Below, piece after piece: positions 1-10,000 of a DNA stretch of 51,691 nt. Below the pieces are notes generated by a model. That model searched no databases and was not told where the DNA came from. It worked only from the letters and a program-made list of their open reading frames with translations. The position numbers and the translations under genes are program-made. The stretch lies in assembly GCA_947458785.1 (NCBI GenBank), contig CANGZU010000004.1, forward strand, positions 1 to 51,691. The letters are read 5' to 3'. How positions within the stretch are numbered: position 1 is the stretch's first letter; each line of letters starts with the position of its first letter. Origin of the DNA: Ignavibacteria bacterium. GTDB taxonomy: Bacteria; Bacteroidota; Ignavibacteria; Kapaibacteriales; Kapaibacteriaceae.

Positions 1-3
1 AGA

Positions 4-83
4 TGTGGATAACCATGCGTTTTTGTGTGGATTCTATACTGATTTAGATGGTAATTCGGGACTAAACCCCTATTTTATCCACA
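4..83. promoter_or_regulatory. DnaA-box-like cluster upstream of fibre cassette 1
   Basis: TGTGGATAA at 4-12 and TTATCCACA at 75-83 are perfect DnaA-box 9-mers in opposite orientations; a degenerate TGTGGATTC lies at 26-34. Confidence 0.55.
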
Positions 84-131
84 TTGACCTTGCAGTGAAA
101 TACTAACTTTACTTTTCATGGAGTTATTGGC

Positions 132-3100
132 ATGAGTTCACAATTCTACAGCGTTTGCAAACGACTTGGGGCACTAGTCGTTGCACTGCTTGTACTTGGG
201 GTGGCCACGAACGCCCAGCCTGGTATTCCTCGACAGATTTCGTACCAAGGCGTCATATATGATGCAACTGGCATCCCATCGTGCGACAGCACATACACGG
301 TGGACTTCGCTATGTATGACGTTGCAGTTGGTGGAGCACCGCTATGGTTTGAGCGTCACATTATCCAGACGAAGTCTGGCATGTTCAGTGTGATTCTTGG
401 GAACACAACGGCACTAAACGTGAACTTCAACCAGCGTCTCTGGCTCGGGCTCTCGGTGAATGGACGCACGGAACTCAATCCGCGAACATTCCTCACCGCA
501 GTGCCGTATGCATTGAACTCAGAGTGGTCAAACATGTCGGGCATGGCTAATGATGTTGCCGACTCTGTGCGCTTGAGGATTCGCGGACGCCTTGCAGCAG
601 TTGCAGGATCCGACATTGATGTCAGCGGCAGCTTGGACAGCATGAACCTCACAATAAAGCCGAACACGGTAGGCGCTGATGAACTCGAAGAACTTCACCC
701 TGGTGTCATTGGTCCATTTGGCTCGGCAACACAGTCGGCAGTGATCACGATCGACCCACAAGGACGTGTGGTTCGTGCCGGACAGGTTCCGATCTCGGGC
801 GTTAGTCCAGGGGGTGCTGCCGGTGGTGACCTTGCCGGTACATATCCCAATCCTACCATCAGAGATGGGGCGATTACGACTGCTAAGATTCCGGATGGTT
901 CGGTCACGGGTGCAAAGATTGCTCCGGGTACGATCGGCACTGCGAACATTGCTGATGGTGCAATTACAGCATCGAAGATCGCCAATGATGCAGTAACCAG
1001 CGCCGCCATCAAGGATGGCGATGTCAATACGATTGATCTCGCAGACGATGCGGTAACGAGTCCGAAGATCAGGGACGGCGAAGTAAGAACACAAGATCTT
1101 GCTAACGATGCAGTAACGACTCCGAAGGTTGTTGATGGTGCTATCACGAGCGCGAAGATGTCGACCATGCAGGCGATTTTCCCTTCTACATATGGTGCGT
1201 CATCAAAGGTCCCACAGTTCACCGTTGACCAAGCTGGTCGAATCACCAACATTCGCGAAGTAGATGTGACAATCGCTCCAGGTGGACTTATTGCTGGGGG
1301 CGACCTTGAAGGCTCATTCCCGAATCCAACGATTGGAACGGGTAGGGTCACCTCGACCAAGATCCTCGATGGAACGATCCAAGACATTGATCTTGCAAAT
1401 GGTGCGGTAACCACACCAAAGATTTCGGACTTTGCTGTAACAGCTCAGAAGATCGCTGACGGAGCAGTCACAGCTGCTAAACTTGAGAACAGCGGAGTTG
1501 GAGTTGGTACGTATGGTTCTCCAACGCAAGTTGGACAGTTCATTGTCGACGCAAAGGGTCGCATCGTCTCTGCTCAGAACGTCCCAATCGCCGGCATGCC
1601 CCCTGTTGGAGTTGCTGGTGGAGACCTTACGGGAACATATCCCAACCCCCTGATCGCACCTGATGCCATAACATCTGCCAAGATCCTTAACGGCACAATC
1701 GCTACGGGTGATATTGCACCAAACACGATCACTAACGAACTCATCGTTGATAATGCGGTTACAACAACGAAGATCGCCGATGGCAACGTGACAAATCAGA
1801 AGTTGGCTGACAACGCAGTTTCAACAATGAAACTCCAGGATGGTTCAGTTACTGGCCCGAAGCTTGCAGATAATGCAGTGACAACAACGAAGATTGCAGA
1901 TGGAAACGTCACAGGAGCCAAGCTCGCCGATGGTGCTGTTTCTACGGCTAAACTTGCTGACGGTGCAGTTACAACGAACAAGTTGGCAGACGGATCAGTT
2001 ACGGCAGCCAAATTAGCCCCTGGTTCGGTCACTGCAGACAAGCTGGAAAACTCAGGCGTTGTGCTCGGCCAATACGGTTCGGCAACACAAGTGGGTCAGT
2101 TTACTGTTGACTCAAAGGGCCGCGTTACGCAGGCTGCAAACATCACAATCAGTGGTGTCGCTCCAGGTGGCCCAGCCGGCGGCTCCCTATCAGGAACATA
2201 TCCAAACCCATCAATTGCTCCGAATGCAGTCAACTCATCAATGATTCAGGACGGTACAGTTTCTGCAGCAGACCTTGCAGATAATGCTGTAACGACGCAG
2301 AAGATTCTCGACGGAAATGTAACGACGTCTAAGCTGGCCGACGGAGCAGTAACAACAGCAAAAATCCAGGATGGAAACGTTACAACAGCGAAACTTGCTG
2401 ATGGTGCTGTAACGACATCTAAGATTGCTGACGGATCTGTAACAGGTGCAAAGCTTGCCCCAGGTTCAGTAACTGCAGATAAGCTCGATAACACTGGCGT
2501 AATCCTTGGGCAGTATGGTTCAGCCACCCAGGTCGGTCAGTTCACGGTGGACTCAAAGGGGCGCATCACTGCAGCTCAGAATGTCACGATAGCAGGCGTC
2601 GCACCGGCAGGTCCTGCAGGCGGATCGCTCACAGGAACATATCCTAACCCATCGATTGCTCCAAGCGCCGTTACCTCGCAGATGATCCTCGATGGAACAG
2701 TTGCAACTGTAGACCTTGCCGATAACGCAATTACGACTGCGAAGATTGCTGACGCAAATGTCACAACCGCAAAACTCGTTGATGGTGCGGTTACGACTGC
2801 CAAGCTTGGTGACAATGCTGTAACGACCGCAAAGATCCAAGATGGCAACGTGACAACATCAAAACTTGCTGATGGTTCAGTTACTGCGGCTAAGCTTGCT
2901 CCCGGATCTGTCTCGGGAGATAAGCTTGAGAACACAGCCGTGGTTGTTGGTCAGTATGGCTCGGCCACACAAGTAGGTCAGTTCACGGTTGATTCAAAGG
3001 GCCGTGTTACGCAGGCTGCCAACATCACCATCACCGGAGTAACGCCGGGTGGAGCAGCTGGCGGTTCTCTCACAGGCACATACCCTAATCCATCTATTGC

Positions 3101-4931
3101 ACAAAGTGCGGTAACATCAGGTACAATCCTGGATGGTACAGTTGCAACAGTTGACCTTGCAGATAACGCAGTAACAACGCCGAAGATTGCCGATGGTAAT
3201 GTGACGAATGCAAAGCTGGCGGACAATGCCGTTACAACGACGAAGATTCAGGATGGTAACGTAACCACGGCCAAGCTGGCAGATGATGCAGTGACAACTA
3301 ACAAGCTTGATGATGGTGCTGTCACAACGGCTAAGATTGCCGATGGCTCAGTTACGTCAGTGAAACTCGCTGACGGTGCAGTTACTGCAGACAAGTTGGC
3401 CAGCACCGCAGTCGTTACAGGTACGTACGGCTCTGCGACAGAAGTTGGTCAGTTCACTGTGGACTCAAAGGGTCGAATTACGTTCGCACAGAACGTTACT
3501 ATCTCTGGCGTTGCACCATCTGGCGCAGCTGGAGGGTCTCTGACTGGAACATATCCTAACCCAACCATCGCGAACAGTGCTGTTACATCGCCAATGATCC
3601 TCGACGGAACAGTTGCAACTGTAGACCTTGCTGACAATGCGGTCACAACAGCGAAGATTGCAGATGGCAACGTCACAACTGCCAAGCTCGCAGACGGCGC
3701 AGTGTCGGGGGCTAAACTTGGCGACAATGCTGTTACCACGACGAAAATCCAAGATGGCAACGTCACCGGTGCTAAGCTTGCAGATGGTGCAGTATCAACG
3801 GCTAAGTTGGGTGATGGTGCAGTAACGACTGCCAAGCTTGCTGATGGTTCGGTAACAGCCGCAAAGCTTGCTCCGGGCTCAGTCACTGCTGACAAACTTG
3901 AGAACTCAGGCGTTGTGCTTGGTCAATATGGCTCGGCAACTCAGGTAGGTCAGTTCACCGTCGATTCAAAGGGTCGCGTGACACAGGCTGCCAACATCAC
4001 GATCACTGGTGTAACTCCAGGTGGAGCAGCTGGTGGAGATCTTACAGGCACATATCCAAACCCATCGATTGCTGCAAACACGATCAATTCAAGTAACATC
4101 GTTGATGGTGCTGTTGCGACCGGCGACATTGCTACAGGCGCAGTTACAACACCACTGATCGCCGATGGTGCGGTAACAGCAGCGAAGCTCTCAACAACAG
4201 GTGTAAGTGCTGCGACATATGGTTCAGCAACACAGGTAGGCCAGTTCACGGTTGATGCGAACGGACGAATCACTGCGGCTCAGAATGTTACGATCACAGG
4301 TGTTACTCCTGGTGGCGCTGCTGGTGGTGACCTAAACGGAACCTATCCGAACCCAACAGTTGATGGTCTCCAAGGTCGTGCGGTCGCAGCTACGGCACCA
4401 ACGAACAATCAGGTTCTAACATGGGATGCTACCGCTAATACATGGAAGCCTGCTGCCGTAACAGCAACAGCCACTTCAATTGGTGGAATTGGCGTTGACC
4501 CTGTTCTCAATCCAAACGACGGAGATGCTCTCACGTATGATGCAGCTCAGAATAAGTGGGTTCCACTCAATCCGACGGCTAACATCAAACAGTTGATTCT
4601 GGGCGAGGGTACCGCAATCAATATCGACTTGCTTCGCGGTGCGGGAACTGTGATCAACAACATCGATATCTCAGATCACGCGTTCTTCCGGATGACGAAT
4701 GCTGGACAAGGCTCCGACATTACGGGATTTGATAACGGTGCGAATGGTCGCGTGATCATCATCATCAATCAGTCCGGCAAGAACATAACGTTCCAAAATG
4801 AGGATGCTCGCTCTGACGCTGACAACCAGCTCATTTTGGGTGTTGCTAACAAGACAATCGGTAACAACCAGTCAATCACATTCATCTATTCTGGTACTCT
4901 GGGCAAGTGGGTCCTCATGGCCACTACCTAA
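132..4931 (+). CDS. Secreted tail-fibre-like repeat protein (fibre 1), 1599 aa
   Basis: Sec signal peptide (..ATNA|Q) and an N-terminal 'ISYQG...AVPYAL' domain. Contains 9 copies of a ~49-aa [17 protein letters not shown]...[11 protein letters not shown] module, separated by 4-13 copies of a 10-aa [10 protein letters not shown] repeat. Ends in a beta-rich domain (..KWVLMATT). Confidence 0.9.
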   Translation: MSSQFYSVCKRLGALVVALLVLGVATNAQPGIPRQISYQGVIYDATGIPSCDSTYTVDFAMYDVAVGGAPLWFERHIIQTKSGMFSVILGNTTALNVNFNQRLWLGLSVNGRTELNPRTFLTAVPYALNSEWSNMSGMANDVADSVRLRIRGRLAAVAGSDIDVSGSLDSMNLTIKPNTVGADELEELHPGVIGPFGSATQSAVITIDPQGRVVRAGQVPISGVSPGGAAGGDLAGTYPNPTIRDGAITTAKIPDGSVTGAKIAPGTIGTANIADGAITASKIANDAVTSAAIKDGDVNTIDLADDAVTSPKIRDGEVRTQDLANDAVTTPKVVDGAITSAKMSTMQAIFPSTYGASSKVPQFTVDQAGRITNIREVDVTIAPGGLIAGGDLEGSFPNPTIGTGRVTSTKILDGTIQDIDLANGAVTTPKISDFAVTAQKIADGAVTAAKLENSGVGVGTYGSPTQVGQFIVDAKGRIVSAQNVPIAGMPPVGVAGGDLTGTYPNPLIAPDAITSAKILNGTIATGDIAPNTITNELIVDNAVTTTKIADGNVTNQKLADNAVSTMKLQDGSVTGPKLADNAVTTTKIADGNVTGAKLADGAVSTAKLADGAVTTNKLADGSVTAAKLAPGSVTADKLENSGVVLGQYGSATQVGQFTVDSKGRVTQAANITISGVAPGGPAGGSLSGTYPNPSIAPNAVNSSMIQDGTVSAADLADNAVTTQKILDGNVTTSKLADGAVTTAKIQDGNVTTAKLADGAVTTSKIADGSVTGAKLAPGSVTADKLDNTGVILGQYGSATQVGQFTVDSKGRITAAQNVTIAGVAPAGPAGGSLTGTYPNPSIAPSAVTSQMILDGTVATVDLADNAITTAKIADANVTTAKLVDGAVTTAKLGDNAVTTAKIQDGNVTTSKLADGSVTAAKLAPGSVSGDKLENTAVVVGQYGSATQVGQFTVDSKGRVTQAANITITGVTPGGAAGGSLTGTYPNPSIAQSAVTSGTILDGTVATVDLADNAVTTPKIADGNVTNAKLADNAVTTTKIQDGNVTTAKLADDAVTTNKLDDGAVTTAKIADGSVTSVKLADGAVTADKLASTAVVTGTYGSATEVGQFTVDSKGRITFAQNVTISGVAPSGAAGGSLTGTYPNPTIANSAVTSPMILDGTVATVDLADNAVTTAKIADGNVTTAKLADGAVSGAKLGDNAVTTTKIQDGNVTGAKLADGAVSTAKLGDGAVTTAKLADGSVTAAKLAPGSVTADKLENSGVVLGQYGSATQVGQFTVDSKGRVTQAANITITGVTPGGAAGGDLTGTYPNPSIAANTINSSNIVDGAVATGDIATGAVTTPLIADGAVTAAKLSTTGVSAATYGSATQVGQFTVDANGRITAAQNVTITGVTPGGAAGGDLNGTYPNPTVDGLQGRAVAATAPTNNQVLTWDATANTWKPAAVTATATSIGGIGVDPVLNPNDGDALTYDAAQNKWVPLNPTANIKQLILGEGTAINIDLLRGAGTVINNIDISDHAFFRMTNAGQGSDITGFDNGANGRVIIIINQSGKNITFQNEDARSDADNQLILGVANKTIGNNQSITFIYSGTLGKWVLMATT
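714..4361 (+). repeat. Nested intragenic protein repeats of fibre 1 (9 modules, ~71 decapeptides)
   Basis: Decapeptide runs between modules, counted from the translation: 10,5,13,9,9,10,11,4. Confidence 0.85.
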
Positions 4932-4950
4932 TCCAATCACAGTATCAAGG

Positions 4951-5868
4951 ATGAAAACAACTATGAAACACATACTCGTGATTGGTTGTCTTCTCTGCCT
5001 CGTGGGATCAACGATGCAGGGTCAGACAGTCGTAGGCGGGGTTGTTACCAGTGGAGCGACAACTGCGATCCAACTTGGTGACTACCACATGCAAGGGGCT
5101 GTTGGCCTCCCAATTGTTGGCGAAGCGGGTCTCGACCCAATCGTCCGCTCCGGCATCATCAGCCATGGTAACGCCGTGCAGAAGTTCTACGAATCAACTC
5201 TTATTCGAATCGACAGCGTCGTGAAGCAGATTGGCGACACGTTCGCACTCGATGTTCTTTACGGTGCGTCGTGCGCGTTGTTCCAAAGCAACGTGGCATC
5301 CCGCGATTGGGAACTCAAGGTCAGCTTTAACCGGACTGTTCTCGAGCCCCTTCGATATGACTCAATCGTTGATGATGGCGAACGCTACACGATCACTTTA
5401 ACAGGAAACGCTGCATCAAATGGCGGCGTGTTAACACGGCTGCTTCTGATGGGACGCTTGGGGAATGATTCTCTTACTGATGTTCGCCTCGAATCATTTA
5501 GATGGATTGATGCTCAGCGTCAGTACGTGCAATCAACGCCTGGCTCTGTCCTGCTGCGTGGACTCTGCAATACCTACGGTTCTACACGACTTCTCAAAGA
5601 TCCGAGCAAGATGGCTATCCTGATCGCACCGAACCCCGTTACGGGCTCGTCGTTCACCATGCGCACGTATTCCGATCGTCCGCAAGTTGGCACTCTTGTG
5701 GTAACAGACATTCATGGAAACGTGGTGTACACAGCAGACCGGGTGGAGGCAGGATCAACATGGCCGATGACAACTGTTGAGCTTCAGGTTATCCCTGCTG
5801 GTTCGTACACAGTTGCTCTCTTTACGGAAAACGATGTGGTACGAACAACTATGGTGAAGCTGCCATGA
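4951..5868 (+). CDS. Secreted partner protein 1 with Ig/cohesin-like core and T9SS-type C-terminal sorting domain
   Basis: ATG at 4951 (or 4963) followed by a signal peptide. C-terminal 'APNP...GSYTVAL...TTMVKLP' resembles a type A CTD. Paralog of 11932-12840. Confidence 0.75.
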   Translation: MKTTMKHILVIGCLLCLVGSTMQGQTVVGGVVTSGATTAIQLGDYHMQGAVGLPIVGEAGLDPIVRSGIISHGNAVQKFYESTLIRIDSVVKQIGDTFALDVLYGASCALFQSNVASRDWELKVSFNRTVLEPLRYDSIVDDGERYTITLTGNAASNGGVLTRLLLMGRLGNDSLTDVRLESFRWIDAQRQYVQSTPGSVLLRGLCNTYGSTRLLKDPSKMAILIAPNPVTGSSFTMRTYSDRPQVGTLVVTDIHGNVVYTADRVEAGSTWPMTTVELQVIPAGSYTVALFTENDVVRTTMVKLP

Positions 5869-6788
5869 TATCAAGCTTCTCTCTTGCTCTCATGGCAGCG
5901 TATATGCTTTGCATGACATCGGCATCTGCGCAGCAAACCGATACAACGCATGTGCATGATCACAACCATGGGCACTCACATCAGCATTCAACGAGCAGTC
6001 CTCACCCGCATGACCATTCGCATGCACACGGACACGTGCACGAGCATCAGCATGTGCATGATCACGGTGTACCACATTCGCACGACGAGTTCACGTTAGC
6101 GTTCATAGGCAACCTGGCCACACATAACGCATCATTCAACTCGCTGCCTCCAATCGAAAACTGTTGCACAGGATTCAGCGACAGCAAGGGGCTAGGGTTC
6201 GGCTTTGAGCTTGGATACACAACGCCCCTTACCGCTGATGGCCTTACGATCACCCCACACATCGGCTATTTGAACATGCCCGTGTCATTTGATTCGTATT
6301 CTACCGAGAAGGCGTTTACTGGTGGTGTTGTTTCTGGCGATGCCCTGTTCCGTCACACGCTCGATGTGACATGGACAACCGTAACGTTTGGTGCTCGACT
6401 TGAGTATCCTGTTCTTAGTGGCTTCTACCTTGGATTTGGGCTCGACGGCTACTTCTTTGCAACTGGGTCTTTCCATCAGACAGAGACACTTGAAGAGCCG
6501 TCCAACCTTGTTTTCGAAACGGGCACGCGCGTCCGTTTGGATAGGAATGGATACGTTCGCGGCCAGAATGCCGTCGTGTTCAATGCCACAGGGTCTGCAC
6601 GCATCCGCTTGATTGAAAAGCAACAAGGTTCTGTTGGTGTCGACATCTTCGGACGCTACTCCCTTCCCCTTCAGCCATTGTTCGCCGCCCAAACATGGAA
6701 GGGTATGTCCGGGAATCCACCGGGTAGATTCTTCATCGATTCGTATTCAATATCGATGCTGACGTTTGGAATCGGATTGGTTTTCTAA
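5865..6788 (+). CDS. Putative outer-membrane beta-barrel protein 1 with N-terminal His-rich tract
   Basis: Signal peptide, alternating amphipathic strands, C-terminal 'TFGIGLVF' (terminal Phe, BAM-signal-like), ENCC motif, and ATGA overlap with the upstream gene. Confidence 0.75.
   Translation: MISSFSLALMAAYMLCMTSASAQQTDTTHVHDHNHGHSHQHSTSSPHPHDHSHAHGHVHEHQHVHDHGVPHSHDEFTLAFIGNLATHNASFNSLPPIENCCTGFSDSKGLGFGFELGYTTPLTADGLTITPHIGYLNMPVSFDSYSTEKAFTGGVVSGDALFRHTLDVTWTTVTFGARLEYPVLSGFYLGFGLDGYFFATGSFHQTETLEEPSNLVFETGTRVRLDRNGYVRGQNAVVFNATGSARIRLIEKQQGSVGVDIFGRYSLPLQPLFAAQTWKGMSGNPPGRFFIDSYSISMLTFGIGLVF
5949..6083 (+). repeat. (HX)n histidine-rich tract
   Basis: 20 His in 45 aa (residues 29-73), all at odd-numbered positions. 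Confidence 0.9.
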
Positions 6789-6813
6789 AGCGCATAACAA
6801 CACAGATTACCGC

Positions 6814-6849
6814 GCGGGACTTCACGGTGAGTGAAGTCCCGCTTTTTTT
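6814..6849 (+). terminator. Rho-independent terminator ending cassette 1
   Basis: Perfect 12-bp stem GCGGGACTTCAC/GTGAAGTCCCGC with a 5-nt loop, followed by T7. Confidence 0.9.
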
Positions 6850-6867
6850 ATAATCAAATATTAGAAT

Positions 6868-6895
6868 TGTGGACAAGTAACCATGGTTATCCACA
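6868..6895. promoter_or_regulatory. Inverted DnaA-box-like pair upstream of fibre cassette 2
   Basis: TGTGGACAA (6868-6876, 1 mismatch) and perfect TTATCCACA (6887-6895); palindrome TAACCATGGTTA at 6878-6889. Confidence 0.55.
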
Positions 6896-6926
6896 GCCAT
6901 GCGCGCGCTACGAGACAGGCTCATCA

Positions 6927-6934
6927 TAATTTTG
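6927..6934 (+). promoter_or_regulatory. Bacteroidota-type -7 promoter element for cassette 2
   Basis: TAATTTTG matches TAnnTTTG, ~110 nt upstream of ATG 7043 and downstream of the terminator. Confidence 0.55.
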
Positions 6935-7042
6935 CGACGCAGGCGTAAAAGCACCGTCGACAAGGGGTTATCGAAATCGGCACTGACGGTCCACGCCACA
7001 TTACATCGAAACAAAACATATTTACACTGTGAGGTTTTTCAT

Positions 7043-10000
7043 ATGGCACAGACGATAGCACGTGGCCTGTTCATGGCGCTCATGTTTGCGGTTTTCATCG
7101 CAGCTGCGTCTATCAGCGCTTTGGCGCAGACGGGCATTCCAAAGAAGATCACGTATCAAGGGGTATTGATCGATACTACTGGCATCCCAGTCTGCGACAG
7201 TGTCTGGACAGTCGACCTCACGGTCTACAATGTAGCGATTGGTGGCACTGGTGTTTGGAATGAACGCCATACAGTTACGACCAGCGGTGGCGTGTTCAAT
7301 GTTATCCTTGGTGAAAAGTCACCACTAAACATTTCATTTGACCAATCCCTTTGGCTCGGCACATCGATCAACAGCCAACCGGAATTGACACCTCGCGTCT
7401 TTCTCACGGCTGTGCCTTACGCACTCAATGCACTCAATGCAAAGTCAGCAGAGATCGCAAGCGCAGTAACGCCGCAGGTTGCTGATTCCATCCGTCAGTC
7501 GATCAACAACCCAACGAACAATATGGGTGATGTACTGATTAATGCCATCAACGGCACTGGAACAACAACAATCAACGCCGCTCGCGTTCAGGGGGCTGCC
7601 TCAGGTGCAGGATCAGACATTACTGTTAACGGCCCACTGAACGCCCTGAACCTCAAGATCAATGACAACACCATTGGTGCTGCTGCTCTGCAGGAGATTC
7701 ATCAGGGTCCGCTCGGACCATTCGGTTCATCCAACACCAGCACTGTGCTTCGAGTCGACGAGCAGGGTCGCGTTACGTTTGCTGAGCAAGTCCCTATCAT
7801 CGGCGTACCACCAGGGGGAACAGCGGGTGGGGAACTCACGGGATTCTACCCGGCACCAACGATTAAAAATGGTGTCATCACTACGGAAAAGATTGCGCGT
7901 GGTGCAGTAACGACAACAGAGCTTGCCGATAATAGCGTTACGACTTCCAAGCTGGTTGACTTCAACGTCACAACACCGAAGCTTGCCGAAGGTGCCGTTA
8001 CATCAGAGAAGATCTCCGGTGGTGCAGTTACAACAACGAAGATCGCCGACAAGTCTGTCACTGAACAAAAGCTTGCAGACTTCGCTATCACTAGCCAGAA
8101 GATTGCCCCTAACACAATCACCGGTGCGAACATCAAGGATGGCTCGATTGGGAGCGATGAACTTTCGCAGATGCCACTCGACGCTGGTCTCTATGGCTCG
8201 TCGACGCTGATCCCACAGATGTATGTAGACAAGTCTGGGCGCATCGTTACGATTCAGAATGTTCCATTGGCTGGCTCGCCCCCTATCGGTCCAGCAGGCG
8301 GCGCGTTGGTTGGCTCCTACCCAAATCCGCAGCTTGCTCTCGGTGTCGTTGGTACTGAGAACATCAAGGACGCAGCGGTAACAACGGCCAAGATTCTTGA
8401 TGGCGCGGTTAGTAATGCCGACCTTGCTAGCAACTCGGTATCGACGGACAAGATCATTGACCGCTCTGTGACGTCACAAAAGCTCATTCCAACGGGTGTG
8501 AATCCAGGTCAGTATGGTTCGTCAACCCACTCAGCAGTTGTAGCTGTCGACTCGTCAGGTCGAGTAGTAACAGCATTTTCAATTCCGATTGCACCAACAG
8601 CTCCGAGTGGTCCTGCAGGCGGGTCATTAACTGGCACATACCCCGACCCACAACTTGGTAACGGTGTTGTCACGAGTGCCAACATCGCTGATGGTACAAT
8701 CCAATCGCTCGATATTGCCAATGGTAGCATTACATCCGCCAAACTGACGACAACAGGAGTTACGTCTGGAATCTATGGCAACGCAACGCAGGTAGGTCAG
8801 GTCACGGTAGATGCTCAAGGCCGCGTAACAGCAGCGCAGAACATCACGATCAGTGGCACAACGCCAGGTGGTGCAGCTGGCGGCGTCCTCTCAGGCACAT
8901 ATCCAAACCCAGGTCTTGGAACTGGAGTTGTAACGTCGAACAACATTCAAGATCTCACGATTACCACCAACGACATAGCTGATGGTGCCATCACCGCTCC
9001 GAAGCACTATCTATCGGGTGTGACAGCAGCAACCTACGGTTCGAACCTGCTTGTTCCTCAGATAACGATTGATGCCCGCGGTCACATCACATCAGCAACG
9101 AATGTTGCTATCTCCGGAATCTCCCCGAGTGGCCCGGCTGGTGGTGTCCTCTCTGGCACATATCCAAACCCTGCCCTTGCCGCTGGTGCCGTTACATCTG
9201 CAGCGATAGCAGATGGTTCAATAACATCTGCAGATCTGGCAGATGGGGCTGTTACAGCAAGCAAGCTGGCCAACACAACTGTTACCGCCGGTTCATACGG
9301 AACGCCAACACAGGTAGGTGCATTTACCGTAGATGCGCAAGGTCGTCTGACAGCAGCATCAAACGTGACAATTTCGGGTGTGACACCAGGTGGCGCGGCG
9401 GGCGGAGTCTTATCAGGGACATATCCGAACCCAACGCTTGCCATCAGCTCTGTGTCATCTGCCAACATTGTAGATGGCACAATAACATCTGCCGACATCG
9501 CGGCTAGCGGCATTGCAACAACCAATCTTGCTGATGCTGCTGTAACCGACGCGAAGCTTTCGGCTACCGGTGTTACCGCCGCAACCTATGGCAGTGCAAC
9601 ACAGGTCGGACAGTTCACCGTCAATTCACAAGGTCGTCTCACCTTTGCCGGCAACGTCACAATTACGGGCACTACACCTGGCGGTTCCGCTGGCGGAGCA
9701 CTCACAGGAACATATCCTAACCCAACGCTCGCAGCCAATTCTGTGAGCTCTAGCAATATCACAGACGGCTCGATCGCAACTGGAGACCTTGGTGATGGCA
9801 TTGTAACACCTGCAAAGCTTTCAAACACTGGTGTTTCTGCTGGCGTTTATGGTTCGTCATCGCAAGTTGGACAGTTTACGGTTGATGCTTCTGGACGAAT
9901 CACAAGCGCAGCCAACGTAACGATTGCCGCTGCAGCTCCAACAGGTGCGGCAGGCGGTGCCCTTGCTGGAACATACCCTAATCCAATTCTTGCAACTGGG

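Noticed and set aside
1-131. oriC
   Set aside because: Only two perfect boxes are visible, with no dnaA/dnaN context or clear unwinding element, and similar boxes recur before cassette 2; cannot be fully excluded at the window edge
714-4361. CRISPR-like or DNA tandem repeat array with 30-nt period
   Set aside because: The periodicity is at protein level; the DNA copies are heavily diverged and in frame, with no repeat-spacer structure or cas genes
6899-7042. N-terminal extension of fibre 2 in the ORF track
   Set aside because: It covers the predicted promoter; ATG 7043 gives a signal peptide matching fibre 1
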